Part shown: positions 38,959 to 51,559 of the stretch, piece by piece
Numbering within the stretch: position 1 is the first letter of the stretch
Layout of the letters: the number at the start of each line of letters is the position of its first letter
NCBI GenBank assembly: GCA_002269645.1
Contig: NIVC01000608.1
Span: forward strand, 124,001-188,000
Source: Macrostomum lignano
Lineage: Eukaryota
Reading direction: 5' to 3'
DNA: 64,000 bases
Notes under the pieces: generated by a model
Seen by the model: only the letters and a program-made list of their open reading frames with translations
Told to the model about the DNA's origin: nothing
Databases searched by the model: none
Position numbers and translations under genes: made by a program

Positions 38959-41708
38959 CAGTTAGTAAGTTAGTATGAATATAAACATCTGTATAATGTA
39001 AGTGTGTACTTTGCTTACCTTGGTAGGTTGGCTTGCCAGTAACTCCATCGGGGTTGTTAAATCCGGGCACATTGTGCAGTCGACAGGTGAGAAACACCCT
39101 GCGTGAGGTGGGCGAAAAATTTATGGTGTGGTACGTGAGACGACACAGGGGACAGAAGGTGACACAAGGACACAGGTGACAGCATTTTTAAAAGACTAAA
39201 ATTGGGCACAGACCCTAAAATGCAACTAAGGACATTCATAGCTCGCATTTTAGATTGCCTTCATTTTGATGCTAAAAGAGCCACATTTGATGCTTAGTGA
39301 GTCACATTTGATGCTTAGTGAGTCCCATTTGATACTTAAAGAGTAAAAAATGCTAAAGGAGTCACATTTGATGCTTAGTGAGTCACATTTGATGCTTAGT
39401 GAGTCCCATTTGATACCTAAAGAGTCAAAGATGCTAAAGGAGTCACATTTGATGCTTAGTGAGTCACATTTGATACTTAAAGAGTCAAAGATGCTAAAGG
39501 AGTCACATTTGATGCTTAGTGAGTCCCATTTGATACTTAAAGAGTCAAAGATGCTAAAGGAGTCAAATTTGATGCTTAGTGAGTCCCATTTGATACTTAA
39601 AGAGTCAAAGATGCTAAAAGAGTCACATTTGATGCTTAGTGAGTCACATTTGATGCTAAAAGAGTCACATTTGATGCTTAGTGAGTCCCATTTGATACTT
39701 AAAGAGTCAAAGATGCTAAAGGAGTCACATTTGATGCTTGAGTCCTGACGCCACTGAGGTGTTCAGAAATTCATAGTCTACGTATTCCCTGCTGACCTTG
39801 CTATGCTAAGAGAGAACTGCTGAAGTGCTGGCTGAGACGGGGCTATCGCTGTAGGCGTTGGCGGCGGGAGTAGCTTCCCGAGATGGGGATTTTTCTGCTT
39901 AGGCAAAGTGAGGTTCCGATGTGGGCTAGATTTAGGGGGCAGATGGGGGCTGAACTAGCTGCCTGCTTGAGAGAGGCGCCGCTTCCACTGGGTGCAAAAG
40001 CTTTTTACGGATTTCCTATTTGGCTGGAGAATAATTACTGAGGAAGATGGGTATGGGGGGGGGGGGCAGCGAGCTGCTGCGTAGAGGTCTGTCTTACTAC
40101 AGTGCACTTCTGTTACTGACCGAATGCTGTGCTTATTGAATGCCTCCCATGATCTGCTGCTGACATAGGGGGATACGCGGGGGAGTGAGCTGTCTGAAAG
40201 ACAACACCTGAAATAGCTATGAGGTGTAGCTGGAAGAGAAAGTGAGAGAGTGGGACACCAAGGTGTGAAAAAGATACGAGGTATCAGGACGTAAGATGTG
40301 AGAAGAGCATGAGAAATGAGTAGAATATGAGATGTGAGAAGGACATGAGACGTGAGAAGGACATGAGACGTGAGAAGGACATGAGATGTGAGAAGGATAT
40401 GAAATTTGAGGACATGAGACGTGAGAAGGACATGAGATGTGAAAAGGACATGAGATGTGAGAAAGACATATGTGAGAAGCATATGAGATGTGAGAAGGAC
40501 ATGAGAAATGAGAAGCGTATGAGATGTGAGAAGCACGTGGGATGTGAGAAGACATGAGATGTGAGAAGGACATGAGATGTGAGGATATTAGATGTGAGAA
40601 GGACTTGAGATGTGAGGACATTAGATGTGAGAAGGATATGAGATGTGAGAAGGACATGAGATGTGAGGACATGAGATTTGAGAAGGACATGAGATGTGAA
40701 AAAGACAAGAGATGTGAGGACATGAGATGTGAGGACATGAGATGTGAGGACATGAGATGTGAGGACATGAGATGTGAGGACATGAGATGTGAGGACATGA
40801 GATGTGAGGACATGAGATGTGAGGACATGAGATGTGAGGACATGAGATGTGAGGACATGAGATGTGAGGACATGAGATGTGAGGACATGAGATGTGAGGA
40901 CATGAGATGTGAGGACATGAGATGTGAGGACATGAGATGTGAGGACATGAGATGTGAGGACATGAGATGTGAGGACATGAGATGTGAGGACATGAGATGT
41001 GAGGACATGAGATGTGAGGACATGAGATGTGAGGACATGAGATGTGAGGACATGAGATGTGAGGACATGAGATGTGAGGACATGAGATGTGAGGACATGA
41101 GATGTGAGGACATGAGATGTGAGGACATGAGATGTGAGGACATGAGATGTGAGGACATGAGATGTGAGGACATGAGATGTGAGGACATGAGATGTGAGGA
41201 CATGAGATGTGAGGACATGAGATGTGAGAAGGATATGAGATTTGAGAAGGATATTAGATGTGAGTTCATAAGATTTGAGGTGGGGGTGCGGAAGTCCCAA
41301 CCTCCCAGCTCACATGGGTGGATGCGGATTGTTCCGCCTATTTGGCGAGGTCGGCCTCAGCAGAGTCGGCTCGTCCAGGCGCTTCGCCGAATAGTGCCTC
41401 TGGTAGCTGGTCTGGTCAGGCAGCGGCTGCTGGGACTGCGGCTGCGGCAGCTGCTGACGCTGCTGGATCGGCGGCCGCCCGCTCCACATCTCGCGAGCCT
41501 GGCGTCGGATCGCCTCCAACCTGTCGGACGCCACAGGCGCCTGAGTCAGCAGCCAGCGGCGGTTATTATTCTCCGGGATGAAGCTCGGCTTGATGCCGCC
41601 CGTCGCCGCCGCTCCCGCAGTTTTCGATCGCCGCTGCTCCTCGTGAGCCCTGTAGAGATTGGACACGGCTTCGCCTCGCTGGGCCGGCAGTACGTGCCCG
41701 GTTGCCAT
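37558..41708 (-). CDS. Uncharacterised 314-aa protein, 4 exons
   Basis: Exons 41708-41314, 39098-39019, 38131-37926, 37821-37558. Donors GTGAGC/GTAAGC/GTGAGT, YAG acceptors, phases 2/1/0 all match; 945 nt open. GC-rich codons. Ends ..RVRGDYLIHPMWPPTLPHHWVP*. I recognise no domain. Confidence 0.72.
38170..38972. repeat. (TTAG)n microsatellite
   Basis: ~800-bp tetranucleotide tract filling an intron. Confidence 0.98.
39270..39742. repeat. Compound minisatellite (21-bp subunit, 60-bp higher-order unit)
   Basis: GAGTCACATTTGATGCTTAGT subunits; the 60-bp period is visible at 39421/39481/39541/39601. Confidence 0.92.
40290..41275. repeat. 15-bp minisatellite with a homogeneous core
   Basis: Unit GATGTGAGGACATGA; explains the ORFs at 40217-41300. 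Confidence 0.97.
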
Positions 41709-42474
41709 GGTTACTAATTACTACTGTTAAGTTGTAATTTATAATTTTTTCTAAGAACGAAGATCCGTCGAAACGAAGTTCAAATGAAATTGAGAATTCG
41801 GAATCCCGTTATCGTTTAGGTTGCGTCTGCAGTATGGTTGAAGGCCGTCCGTCTCTTATTCTTTATATTTTAATAACTGTACTGCAAACCCGGCTCGCGT
41901 AGCCACGCCTGGAGGGTGGGGGAGAGAGAGAGAAGGAAAGGAGGGCTACAGGCCAGAGAAATTCAATGGGGGTTGATGAAGCCAAGAAAGAAAGCTTACA
42001 GAGTTGAAGAGGCTGCTTTGGAAGGAAATCACCTCCCCCCCTTGCCGCCGGTCGCCATGAGGACAGCTGGAGCTGGAGGGGGTTTCGCAGACTCCAACCG
42101 CCCCCCCCTACTCCATTAGCTTGACAACAATGGAACGCTGTGTGCAAAAGAGAGAGAAGAGACGAACCGAGAGTAAAATAGAGATTGAAGCAGTTGCCGC
42201 TGCACCTGCCTCATCTCCCACGACATGGAAACCCAGCTGAGCAGCTTGGTGGGGGAGCCAGGGGCTTTCAGGGCTGGGCCGGGACAGTGCCCTTGTATTT
42301 GTTGATTTGCAAAACTTATTGACTGCTTTTGGTAAAAATCAAGTCAAAATTCGCGTTATTTGTCGACATCTTTGAATCTGAGCTGGTCAACCATATTTCA
42401 AACCCCGACTGTTTTGATTTTCTGACTAACGGCTACCATTTCTAAGTTGGCTTGGACTCTCAGGCACTCTCTGA

Positions 42475-43265
42475 CCGTCTGACTGTCATTGACTCTTTGT
42501 CTGTTTTTCATTGACTCTTTGTCTGTTTTTCATTGACTCTTTGTCTGACTGTCATTGGCTCTTTGTCTGACTGTCATTGGCTCTTTGTCTGACTGTCATT
42601 GGCTCTTTGTCTGACTGTCATTGGCTCTTTGTCTGACTGTCATTGGCTCTTTGTCTGACTGTCATTGGCTCTTTGTCTGACTGTCATTGGCTCTTTGTCT
42701 GACTGTCATTGGCTCTTTGTCTGACTGCCATTGGCTCTTTGTCTGACTGTCATTGGCTCTTTGTCTGACTGTCATTGGCTCTTTGTCTGACTGCCATTGG
42801 CTCTTTGTCTGACTGCCATTGGCTCTTTGTCTGACTGCCATTGGCTCTTTGTCTGACTGCCATTGGCTCTTTGTCTGACTGTCATTGGCTCTTTGTCTGA
42901 CTGTCATTGGCTCTTTGTCTGACTGTCATTGGCTCTTTGTCTTTGTCATTGACTCTTTATCTGTCATTTACTCTTTGTCTGACTGTCATTGGCTCTTTGT
43001 CTGTTTTTCATTGGCTCTTTGTCTGACTGTCATTGGCTCTTTGTCTGTCATTTACTCTTTGTCTGACTGTCATTGGCTATTTGTCTGACTGTCATTGGCT
43101 CTTTGTCTGTTTTTCATTGGCTCTTTGTCTGACTGTCATTGGCTCTTTGTCTGTTTGTCAGTGACTCTTTGTCTGACTGTCATTGGCTCTTTGTCTGACT
43201 GTCATTGGCTCTTTGTCTGACTGTCATTGGCTCTTTGTCTGACTGTCATTGGCTCTTTGTCTGAC
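42475..43265. repeat. 22-bp minisatellite
   Basis: Unit CTGACTGTCATTGGCTCTTTGT. Confidence 0.96.
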
Positions 43266-43864
43266 TGTCGATTTGATTCTCAAAGCACGCTTTTAACTGA
43301 CTACATTTTAGAAGCTCAAGCACTTCCACACTACTGTCAAATAGTTATGGCTAAATTATATAACACCATTAGTAAGAAATCCTCTATACGGAGATTTATC
43401 GATCTCTCTGCCTGTCGGAAAATGGAAAAATAGCCGCTTCCAGCAGCATATAGTAAAGCAATCCGGTCTTCCTTCATCGAATCGTAGAAGCTGATAACGG
43501 TCTCAGTCAAGGGTTTCTATATACGACTGACTTGACAGGACTAAGTTACTAAGAATAACATTGTAGCTCTGTAGCATACGAATGCAGGACGACATCTCCC
43601 TCTCTAGCCCCGATATGATTTATTCAGATTTCATGCCAAATTCGCACGGGAGCTGTGTCTCGTATTTAGAGCGGGAAACTTTTTTGGTAAACGGAAACAA
43701 CAGCAAAAAAGCGCAAAACGAAAAGTTGCTTTAGCTGAAAGTATCTTCTTTTGCAAGTAGCAGAGTGGATTGAATCTGCTTGGAGTGCGATTTTACACTC
43801 TACCGACTTCACTGACTGTTTGCGTAATTTCACAAACACATGCATCTGTTTTCTCTTCTCTAAT

Positions 43865-44410
43865 CTTCTCTCCTCTCCTCCCCTCTCCACTCCTCTCCTC
43901 TCTTCTACCCTCCTCTCCTCTCCTCTCCACTCCTCTCCTCTCCTTCCCTCTCCTCTCCTCTCCTCTCCTCTCCTCTCCTCTCCTCTCCTCTCCTCTCCTC
44001 TTCTCTTCTCTCCTCTCCTCTCCTTTCCTCTCCTCTCCTCTCCTCTCCTCTCCTCTCCTCTCCTCTCCTCTCCTCTCCTTTCCTTTCCTCTCCTCTCCTC
44101 TCCTCTCCTTTCCTCTCCTCTCCTCTCCTCTCCTCTCCTCTCCTCTCCTCTCCTCTCCTATCCTCTCCTCTCCTCTCCTCTCCTCTCCTCTCCTCTCCTC
44201 TCCTCTCCTCTCCTCTCCTCTCCTCTCCTCTCCTCTCCTCTCCTCTCCTCTCCTCTCCTCTCCTCTCCTCTCCTCTCCTTTCCTCTCCTCTCCTCTCCTC
44301 TCCTCTCCTCTCCTCTCTCTTCTGTTCTCTTCTGTTCTCTCTTTTCCTCCTCTCCTCTCCCCTCCTCTCTTTTCCTCTCCTCTCCTCTCCTCTCCTCTTC
44401 TCGTTCTTCA
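43865..44410. repeat. (CTCCT)n polypyrimidine microsatellite
   Basis: Pentamer tract. Confidence 0.97.
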
Positions 44411-45059
44411 CCTCTCCCTCTTATCCTCTACGCCTTGCCAGATCTTATCGCCAGCAGAAGTCGCAGCTTGAATCCACAGTAACCGGCCACAGTACTGAAT
44501 GCCATCCATACATTACTACAACCAAAGTCACCGAAGTCACCGGACAGCCAGCCAACCAATCTACCCACAGTTCCCCAGTCCTAACGCAATCTGTTTGAAC
44601 TCCTCATTTCCCAAGCAAGAGATTGCCTTCTACCTCGAACTGCTTTGTACACCCAAGTATTCTTAGCACCCAAATAGTGCGTGTGCTAGCTCCCATGCCC
44701 ATCTCATTAGCCGAGTGGCACTCCCCACTGTGTAATCCATTCCACCCGAACTCCCCGTCTTCAAGAAGCTGCTCAAATCGATGCCTTTGCACGTTTCCAT
44801 CACTCATGGCAATCTGGCCTGTTATCCCCTGCCGCCTGTCCTTGTTGACAGGCCGAGCTCAGACTGGACCGCCATCGATTCAGGATGGGATTGAGGCCGC
44901 TAAAAGCATTGCAGTTAGTTGCTAAGCACTCAGCAAACCTACTGTTGCTTAACTCCCACCTCAAAAACAAGCAGGGAATTTATTAATCTTTTAAGCCATG
45001 CACTCAATCTTCGAGTCAAATCTCATCTGCTTTAATACTAAAACTTGCACAATTTTCGT

Positions 45060-46170
45060 TTCTATCTCACACATTCTCTTATTGGATCTCACCAATTCTC
45101 TTACTGGATCTCACCCATTATCTTACTGGATCTCACGCATTCTCTTAATGGATCTCACCCATCTCCTACTCAACCTCACCCATCTCCTACTCAACCTCAC
45201 CCGTCTCCTACTCAATTTCACTCATCTCCTACTCAACCTCACCCGTCTCCTACTCAATTTCACCCATCTCCTACTCAACCTCACCCGTTTCCTACTCAAT
45301 CTCACCCGTCTCCTACTCAATCTCACCCGTTTCCTACTCAACCTCACCCGTCTCCTACTCAATCTCACCCATCTCCTACTCAACCTCACCCATCTCCTAC
45401 TCAACCTCACCCGTCTCCTACTCAATTTCACTCATCTCCTACTCAACCTCACCCGTCTCCTACTCAATTTCACCCATCTCCTACTCAACCTCACCCGTTT
45501 CCTACTCAATCTCACCCGTCTCCTACTCAATCTCACCCGTTTCCTACTCAACCTCACCCGTTTCCTACTCAATCTCACCCGTCTCCTACTCAATCTCACC
45601 CGTTTCCTACTCAACCTCACCCGTCTCCTACTCAATCTCACCCATCTCCTACTCAACCTCACCCATCTCCTACTCAACCTCACCCGTCTCCTACTCAATT
45701 TCACCCATCTCCTACTCAACCTCACCCGTTTCCTACTCAATCTCACCCGTCTCCTACTCAATCTCACCCGTTTCCTACTCAACCTCACCCGTCTCCTACT
45801 CAATCTCACCCGTCTCCTACTCAATCTCACCCGTTTCCTACTCAACCTCACCCGTCTCCTACTCAATCTCACCCATCTCCTACTCAACCTCACCCATCTC
45901 CTACTCAACCTCACCCGTCTCCTACTCAATTTCACCCATCTCCTACTCAACCTCACCCGTTTCCTACTCAATCTCACCCGTCTCCTACTCAATCTCACCC
46001 GTTTCCTACTCAACCTCACCCGTCTCCTACTCAATCTCACCCATCTCCTACTCAACCTCACCCATCTCCTACTCAACCTCACCCGTCTCCTACTCAATTT
46101 CACCCATCTCCTACTCAACCTCACCCATCTCCTACTCAACCTCACCCATCTCCTACTCAATCTCACCAGT
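45060..46170. repeat. 21-bp minisatellite
   Basis: Unit CTCACCC(G/A)T(C/T)TCCTACTCAA(C/T). Related degenerate units recur at ~47460-47765. Confidence 0.96.
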
Positions 46171-46669
46171 CTCCGAGAGCAAATAGATCTTAAGCGTGAA
46201 GGCCAAGCAGTAATCACAACATAGTTGCCTTAGTTTTATTGAATATCTAATGAAAAAGAGGATTATTAACTGCTAGAAACTCAAGATTCCCTAGTTATTG
46301 CCAGGTTTCTATACAAACAGACTGAAGGTGAGCGGGGAAAGCCAGTGCTTAGCGATGCCTTGTCAACAGTGACAGCAGGTGGTGCTGCTAGATGCTTTTT
46401 CTACAGGTGCAAAACTATTCCCAGTTCTTTTACTAAAAAGCTTCATTTTAGTCGCAGTTTTATGAGCAGAGTTACGAAACGATGACTTTTTTTAGGATTT
46501 TCTCAAATAGCGCAAAGAGGACGACATAATAACTGTCAGTATTGACCAGTCTCTGTTATGCATCGATCATCCGGATGGCTGGTCTTTGACCAAGCGATGT
46601 TTCACCAAGTTTGACTTGCCGACTCTGAAATTTAGGCATTCGGGGGATGAGTAGCTATAGATTCACTCA

Positions 46670-47030
46670 TGTTGACCTTGACCCATATACTGACCCTGAC
46701 ACATATGTTGACCCAGACCTAAATGTGGACCCTGACACATGTTGACCCTGACCCATATGTTGACCCTGACCCATATGTTGACCCTGACCCATATGTTCAC
46801 TCTGACCCATATGTTGACCCTGACCTAAATGTGGACCCTGACACATATGTTGACCCAGACCTAAATGTGGACCCTGACACATATGTTGACCCTGACCGAT
46901 ATGTTGACCCTGACCCATATGTTCACTCTGACCCATAGTTTGACTCTGACCCATATGTTCACTCTGACCCAAAGGTTGACTCTGACCCATATGTTAACTC
47001 TGACCCATATGTTTACCCTGACCCATAGGC
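46670..47030. repeat. 18-bp minisatellite
   Basis: Unit TGACCCTGACCCATATGT. Confidence 0.93.
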
Positions 47031-48423
47031 TCACTCTAGCAACAAACCGTGACAGTATCAATTGAAAGTGAATTTCACGAATGCAGAACAGCCGAGATTT
47101 CCCCCAGAATCGATTGCTTTAACTAATGTAATTACTTCGTTATCTGCTGTACAAAAAGCTGCTCAAATCATTGTCATTAACTACCGAATACCCTCCAAAT
47201 CCGGACCATCTGGAGGCGGAGAGAAAATGCGACAAAAATCCTCCGGGAGTTGAGTCTCGAATTTCCGAAATCGATGGACTGAAAGTATGGAACAGCCTGA
47301 GTCCCCAGGAATCCGGGACTGGATGGACTCGCGGACACAGAAAATCACTCCGGTCTATTTTAGCCACGGAGTTCTCGGCGGCAAAACACGCAAGTAAAAA
47401 GCAGAAATGCGATTCCAGTAATCTTAGCTTTGAGAAATTCCCATTATTCCAACCATTGTGAGCACTGAGATCTCACGCATTGCTGACTGCTCGATCTCAC
47501 GAGTCACTCACTCAAACTCACACATCACCCACTCAACCTTACCTATCACTCACTCGATCTCACCCATTCTCTTACTGGATCTCACCTATCTCCGATTTGA
47601 TCTCATCCAACTCTCACTGGATCTCACCCATCTCTCACTGAATCTCACCATTCTCTTACTGGATCTCACCCATTCTCTCACTGGATCTCACCCATCTCTC
47701 ACTGAATCTCACCCATCTCTCACTGGATCTCACCCATCTCCTACTCAATCTCACCCATCTCACCCTCAGTCCCGTCAGTGTTTAAGCACAAGAGCAGCAT
47801 GAGCCGCCATCAGTTTAAGTGGGATAAGTGGGATTCTAATTTGAGAAAGAGAGGCAGAACCACAAAGACACGGCATAGAAGAGTCCCTGAAAGAAGTCTT
47901 TCGATAAAAATCGCCAGCGTCTCTATAGTTAAAACACGCCGCGAGAAATACCAAAATATCCCATCCAGCTCCCTGCGGAAGGGCAATCCGATTTCTCATC
48001 TCGCCAGGATTTTATCGCGCTTATCCTCGGGCGGTCGCGATTCCCAATTCGATTCGGTAGGGGGGGGGGGGCTCAGAGAATCGGGGCATTCAATTTCTAT
48101 CGCCAAGCCTCAGACAGAGTAAACAGCTCTGCTGCATAGGATGCGTGCGCGTGCGTGACTGCGCTGAATTTGGCAACAAAAGTAGATTCTTTCGACGCCA
48201 AAAGGGCGAGTGCAGGTGAGCCATGGGCTAAAGATGTCGGAGAATCGTTTAAAGCAGAATGGGAGACAAAAATAAACATATTTGAGGCAAAATGGGTAGA
48301 GCTAGACAGGCCTGAGGCGAATTTGAGATTAAGTCAGACACGTATAAAGTGAATTAGAAGCAGAAATTAAGCAACTAAACGAAAACATCAAAGATGACAA
48401 ACTGAACCTGGCTGACTCTCTGA

Positions 48424-48748
48424 TCATCCAGCCGGCTCATCCTGCTCCTTCGGCTTCGTCAGCGATTCCTGAGCCTCGGCCTCTGCGCCACCGCCGCCGA
48501 CTCCGCTGCCGCTGTGCTGCTGTCGCAGGCTCTCCTTCCTGATTGACAGCGCTCGCTCGCGCTGCTCAGACAGCTGTCTCTGGTAGCAGTCCTCATCTGC
48601 TGCCTTTTCTCGTTTGCGTCTTCGACGTACTTTGCGCTGGTCGAAATAACGACACAGACAGAACAAGGTGACCACGAACACGACGCCAAGGCCGACCTCA
48701 AGGAATACCCAGGCCTGACCGGGACGCATTGCTGGCTTGTTGATGTGC
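48424..48748 (-). CDS. Probable last exon (or small ORF) of a single-pass membrane protein
   Basis: Hydrophobic segment WVFLEVGLGVVFVVTLFCLC followed by basic RKVRRRRKRE. GC-rich codons. YAG acceptor at 48749-50, in frame upstream of ATG 48729. Confidence 0.5.
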
Positions 48749-48854
48749 CTGTTGATTGAGCTTGGTAGAGCAGTGATGGTAATAATACAGGCTCAAATGT
48801 ATTGCGTTAATGTATATAACCTTGCATTGAGGCCCCTTAATTACCTCTATTCAT

Positions 48855-49380
48855 AATAGAGCCGCTATTCATTAATTGCCTCTCGATAGAGAGCCGTTAC
48901 ACATTAATTGCCCCCTGATAGAGAGCCGTTACACATTAATTGCCCCCTGATAGAGAGCTGTTACACATTAATTGCCCCCTGATAGAGAGCTGTTACACCT
49001 TAATTGCCCTTGATGGAGAGCCGTTACACCTTAATTGCCCTTGATGGAGAGCCGTTACACATTAATTGCCCCCTGATAGAGAGCCGTTACACCTTAATTG
49101 CCCCCTGATAGAGAGCCGTTACACATTAATTGCCCCCTGATAGAGAGCCGTTACACCTTAATTGCCCCCTGATAGAGAGCCGTTACACCTTAATTGCCCC
49201 CTGATAGAGAGCCGTTACACCTTAATTGCCCCCTGATAGAGAGCCGTTACACCTTAATTGCCCCCTGATAGAGAGCCGTTACACCTTAATTGCCCCCTGA
49301 TAGAGAGCCGTTACACATTAATTGCCCCCTGATAGAGAGCCGTTACACCTTAATTGCCCTTGATGGAGAGCCGCTACACC
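48855..49380. repeat. 32-bp minisatellite
   Basis: Unit CCCCCTGATAGAGAGCCGTTACAC(A/C)TTAATTG. Confidence 0.95.
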
Positions 49381-50224
49381 ATGAACTACGAGCTACAAAC
49401 GGAGATCCAAGGACAAGTGAATACTCGTATTAAAAACGAGCCATATTGTCTAAGTCATTTCCTGCAACCTTACACCATGAGCCAGTGCAAAAAATGTCTA
49501 ACCGAAAATGCGACTAGCTCACCGCAGATGAGCTCCTTGAAGCGTTGGCGATTGTAATTACTCTTCTGCAGCTTGCACAGAGATGACTATTTCGAGATGA
49601 GCACCATACCCTCTGTCCTCGAGTTCGAGCCCTATTTACGCACAGGATGAAAAGAACAGTCACATGCAGCTAGTTCGATTCCTATCCTTTCTGCTCCTCT
49701 CTATCCAATCTCAGCCAGTGCTCGCGAGGCCCTGTCTATCTGTCTGTCGGTCTCCCATAGGCTGTTCAGGACTGCATACCGCGTCTTGGTCAGTGGGGAA
49801 TTCTCAAAGGGGCAAAAACTGTCGTTGGTTCGAACGAGGATAAGGGGAGGGGCTAGGAACGAAGGGAAGAGGATCGGGGAAGCGGGAGAGGCAGCCTTGG
49901 AATATTTTTTGTGAGGATCAAACGAGGGCAGAGAGAGGGTTATAGGGGATTAAAGATAAGCTCGATATAGTAGGAGAGACAACGATTGAAGATTAATAAA
50001 TACAATAGTCAATGATTATGTGCATAGGACTGACTGCATTCTGAGTCCTTTGTTGTTGACTCAGGGACTTATTCGGGTCAAATTACTTGTGTTTATACCT
50101 GACATGGCCTACATGTAGTAGAGATTGAGGTTGAGAGCTGCGGAGAAGGCAGTGGAATTACAGGCTTAACAGAAACATGCAAGAGGTTGAAGTGCAAAGA
50201 GAACAATACTATGGAAAGAGGGAC

Positions 50225-50830
50225 TGGGATGGGAGTAGAGAGACTGAGGTGAGAGTAGAGAGACTGAGGTGAGAGTAGAGAGACTGAGGTGAGAGTAGAG
50301 AGACTGAGGTGAGAGTAGAGACACTGGTGTGAGAGTAGAGAGACTGGTGTGAGAGTAGAGAGACTGGTGTGAGAGTAGAGAAACTGGTGTGAGAGTAGAG
50401 AGACTGGTGTGAGAGTAGAGAGACTGAGGTGAGAGTAGAGAGACTGAGGTGAGAGTAGAGAGACTGAGGTGAGAGTAGAGAGACTGTGGTGAGAGTAGAG
50501 AGTCTGAGGTGAGAATAGAGAGACTAGAGTGAGAGTAGAGAGACTGGGATCGAAAGTAGAGAACCTTGGGTGAGAGTAGAGACTGGGTGGGAGTAGAGGA
50601 ACAGGAGAGGGAGTAGGACATGATGTAGAGTAGAGGAACAGGAGAGGGAGTAGGACATGATGTAGAGTAGAGGAACAGGAGAGGGAGTAGGACATGATGT
50701 AGAGTAGAGGAACAGGAGAGGGAGTAGGACATGATGTAGAGTAGAGACACAGGAGCGGGAGTAGAAGGACATGATGGAGAGTAGAGGAACAGGAGCGGGA
50801 GTAGAAGGACATGATGGAGAGTATAGGAAC
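50225..50830. repeat. Two adjacent purine-rich minisatellites (20 bp, then ~37-38 bp)
   Basis: GTGAGAGTAGAGAGACTGAG, then GAGTAGAGGAACAGGAGAGGGAGTAGGACATGATGTA. Confidence 0.93.
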
Positions 50831-51304
50831 AGTTAGACAAAGAAGTAAGGTTAGACAATAAACAAAGAAGTAAGAAGTAAGGAGTAAGGTTAGACAAAGA
50901 ATATGAAGGGATCGAACAAAACTATATGTAAAGTACTATAGAAAGAATCCAACAAAGACTAGCATATGGCATACACTGTTTACCTGAATATAAACTGTAT
51001 TAGAACAGGCACATGCACTCCATCATCCTTATTATACATAATCCAATCCCTGGCCTTCAACGCTGCAATATCACCAGCTCAGTTAATCACGCAGTTGAAA
51101 CACACGCTCCTCTGCACTTAATCCTGGGCTATCCATTTATCTGCAGATGAAGTTGCATGTCTGCGCTGCCCATCCGACAGCCCTTCCCCCAGCCCCTGTG
51201 AGGAATGAAAAACACAACTCGCATAATTAATTGCATTGGTGTTGGACCAACAGAGTTGAATTACTAGTTCTAGTGTAGCGTGTCTCGGTAATGCATAAAC
51301 TTAC

Positions 51305-51383
51305 CATGACTCTCCGGCACGCGACGGGACTGGACACTCCCAGCCTGTACGAGTATTCCCACAGCTATAACTGGATTTCCCGT
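51305..51383 (-). CDS. Candidate upstream exon of the 48.4-48.7 kb membrane-protein gene
   Basis: CTTTAACTGCAG acceptor and GTAAGT donor. One frame (GKSSYSCGNTRTGWECPVPSRAGES) is phase-compatible with the 48748 exon. Other joins are possible. Confidence 0.3.
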
Positions 51384-51559
51384 CTGCAGTTAAAGGAATC
51401 CGGCCTGAATTAAGACTGCACGACAGCTATAGTACACGAAAAACGGTTTACTTTGTTGTTATATTGAGTACGAGAGCTGCTTTGGTTATAGAGGGGTATC
51501 AATGTATTCATTTCTAACAAACAAAATTATGAGAACAAATTCTCATATGAGTACTAACA

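Noticed and set aside
48380-48426. Readthrough or selenocysteine at the TGA of the TM ORF, splicing on to the 314-aa gene
   Set aside because: The phase would fit via a GTTCAG donor, but the donor is poor, no SECIS is evident and nothing else supports it.
14937-50897. Dozens of long repetitive ORFs (e.g. 18007-19221, 20298-21252, 40217-41300, 44998-46224) that look like repeat proteins
   Set aside because: They are translations of minisatellites, open in several frames and on both strands, and mostly inside phase-consistent introns.
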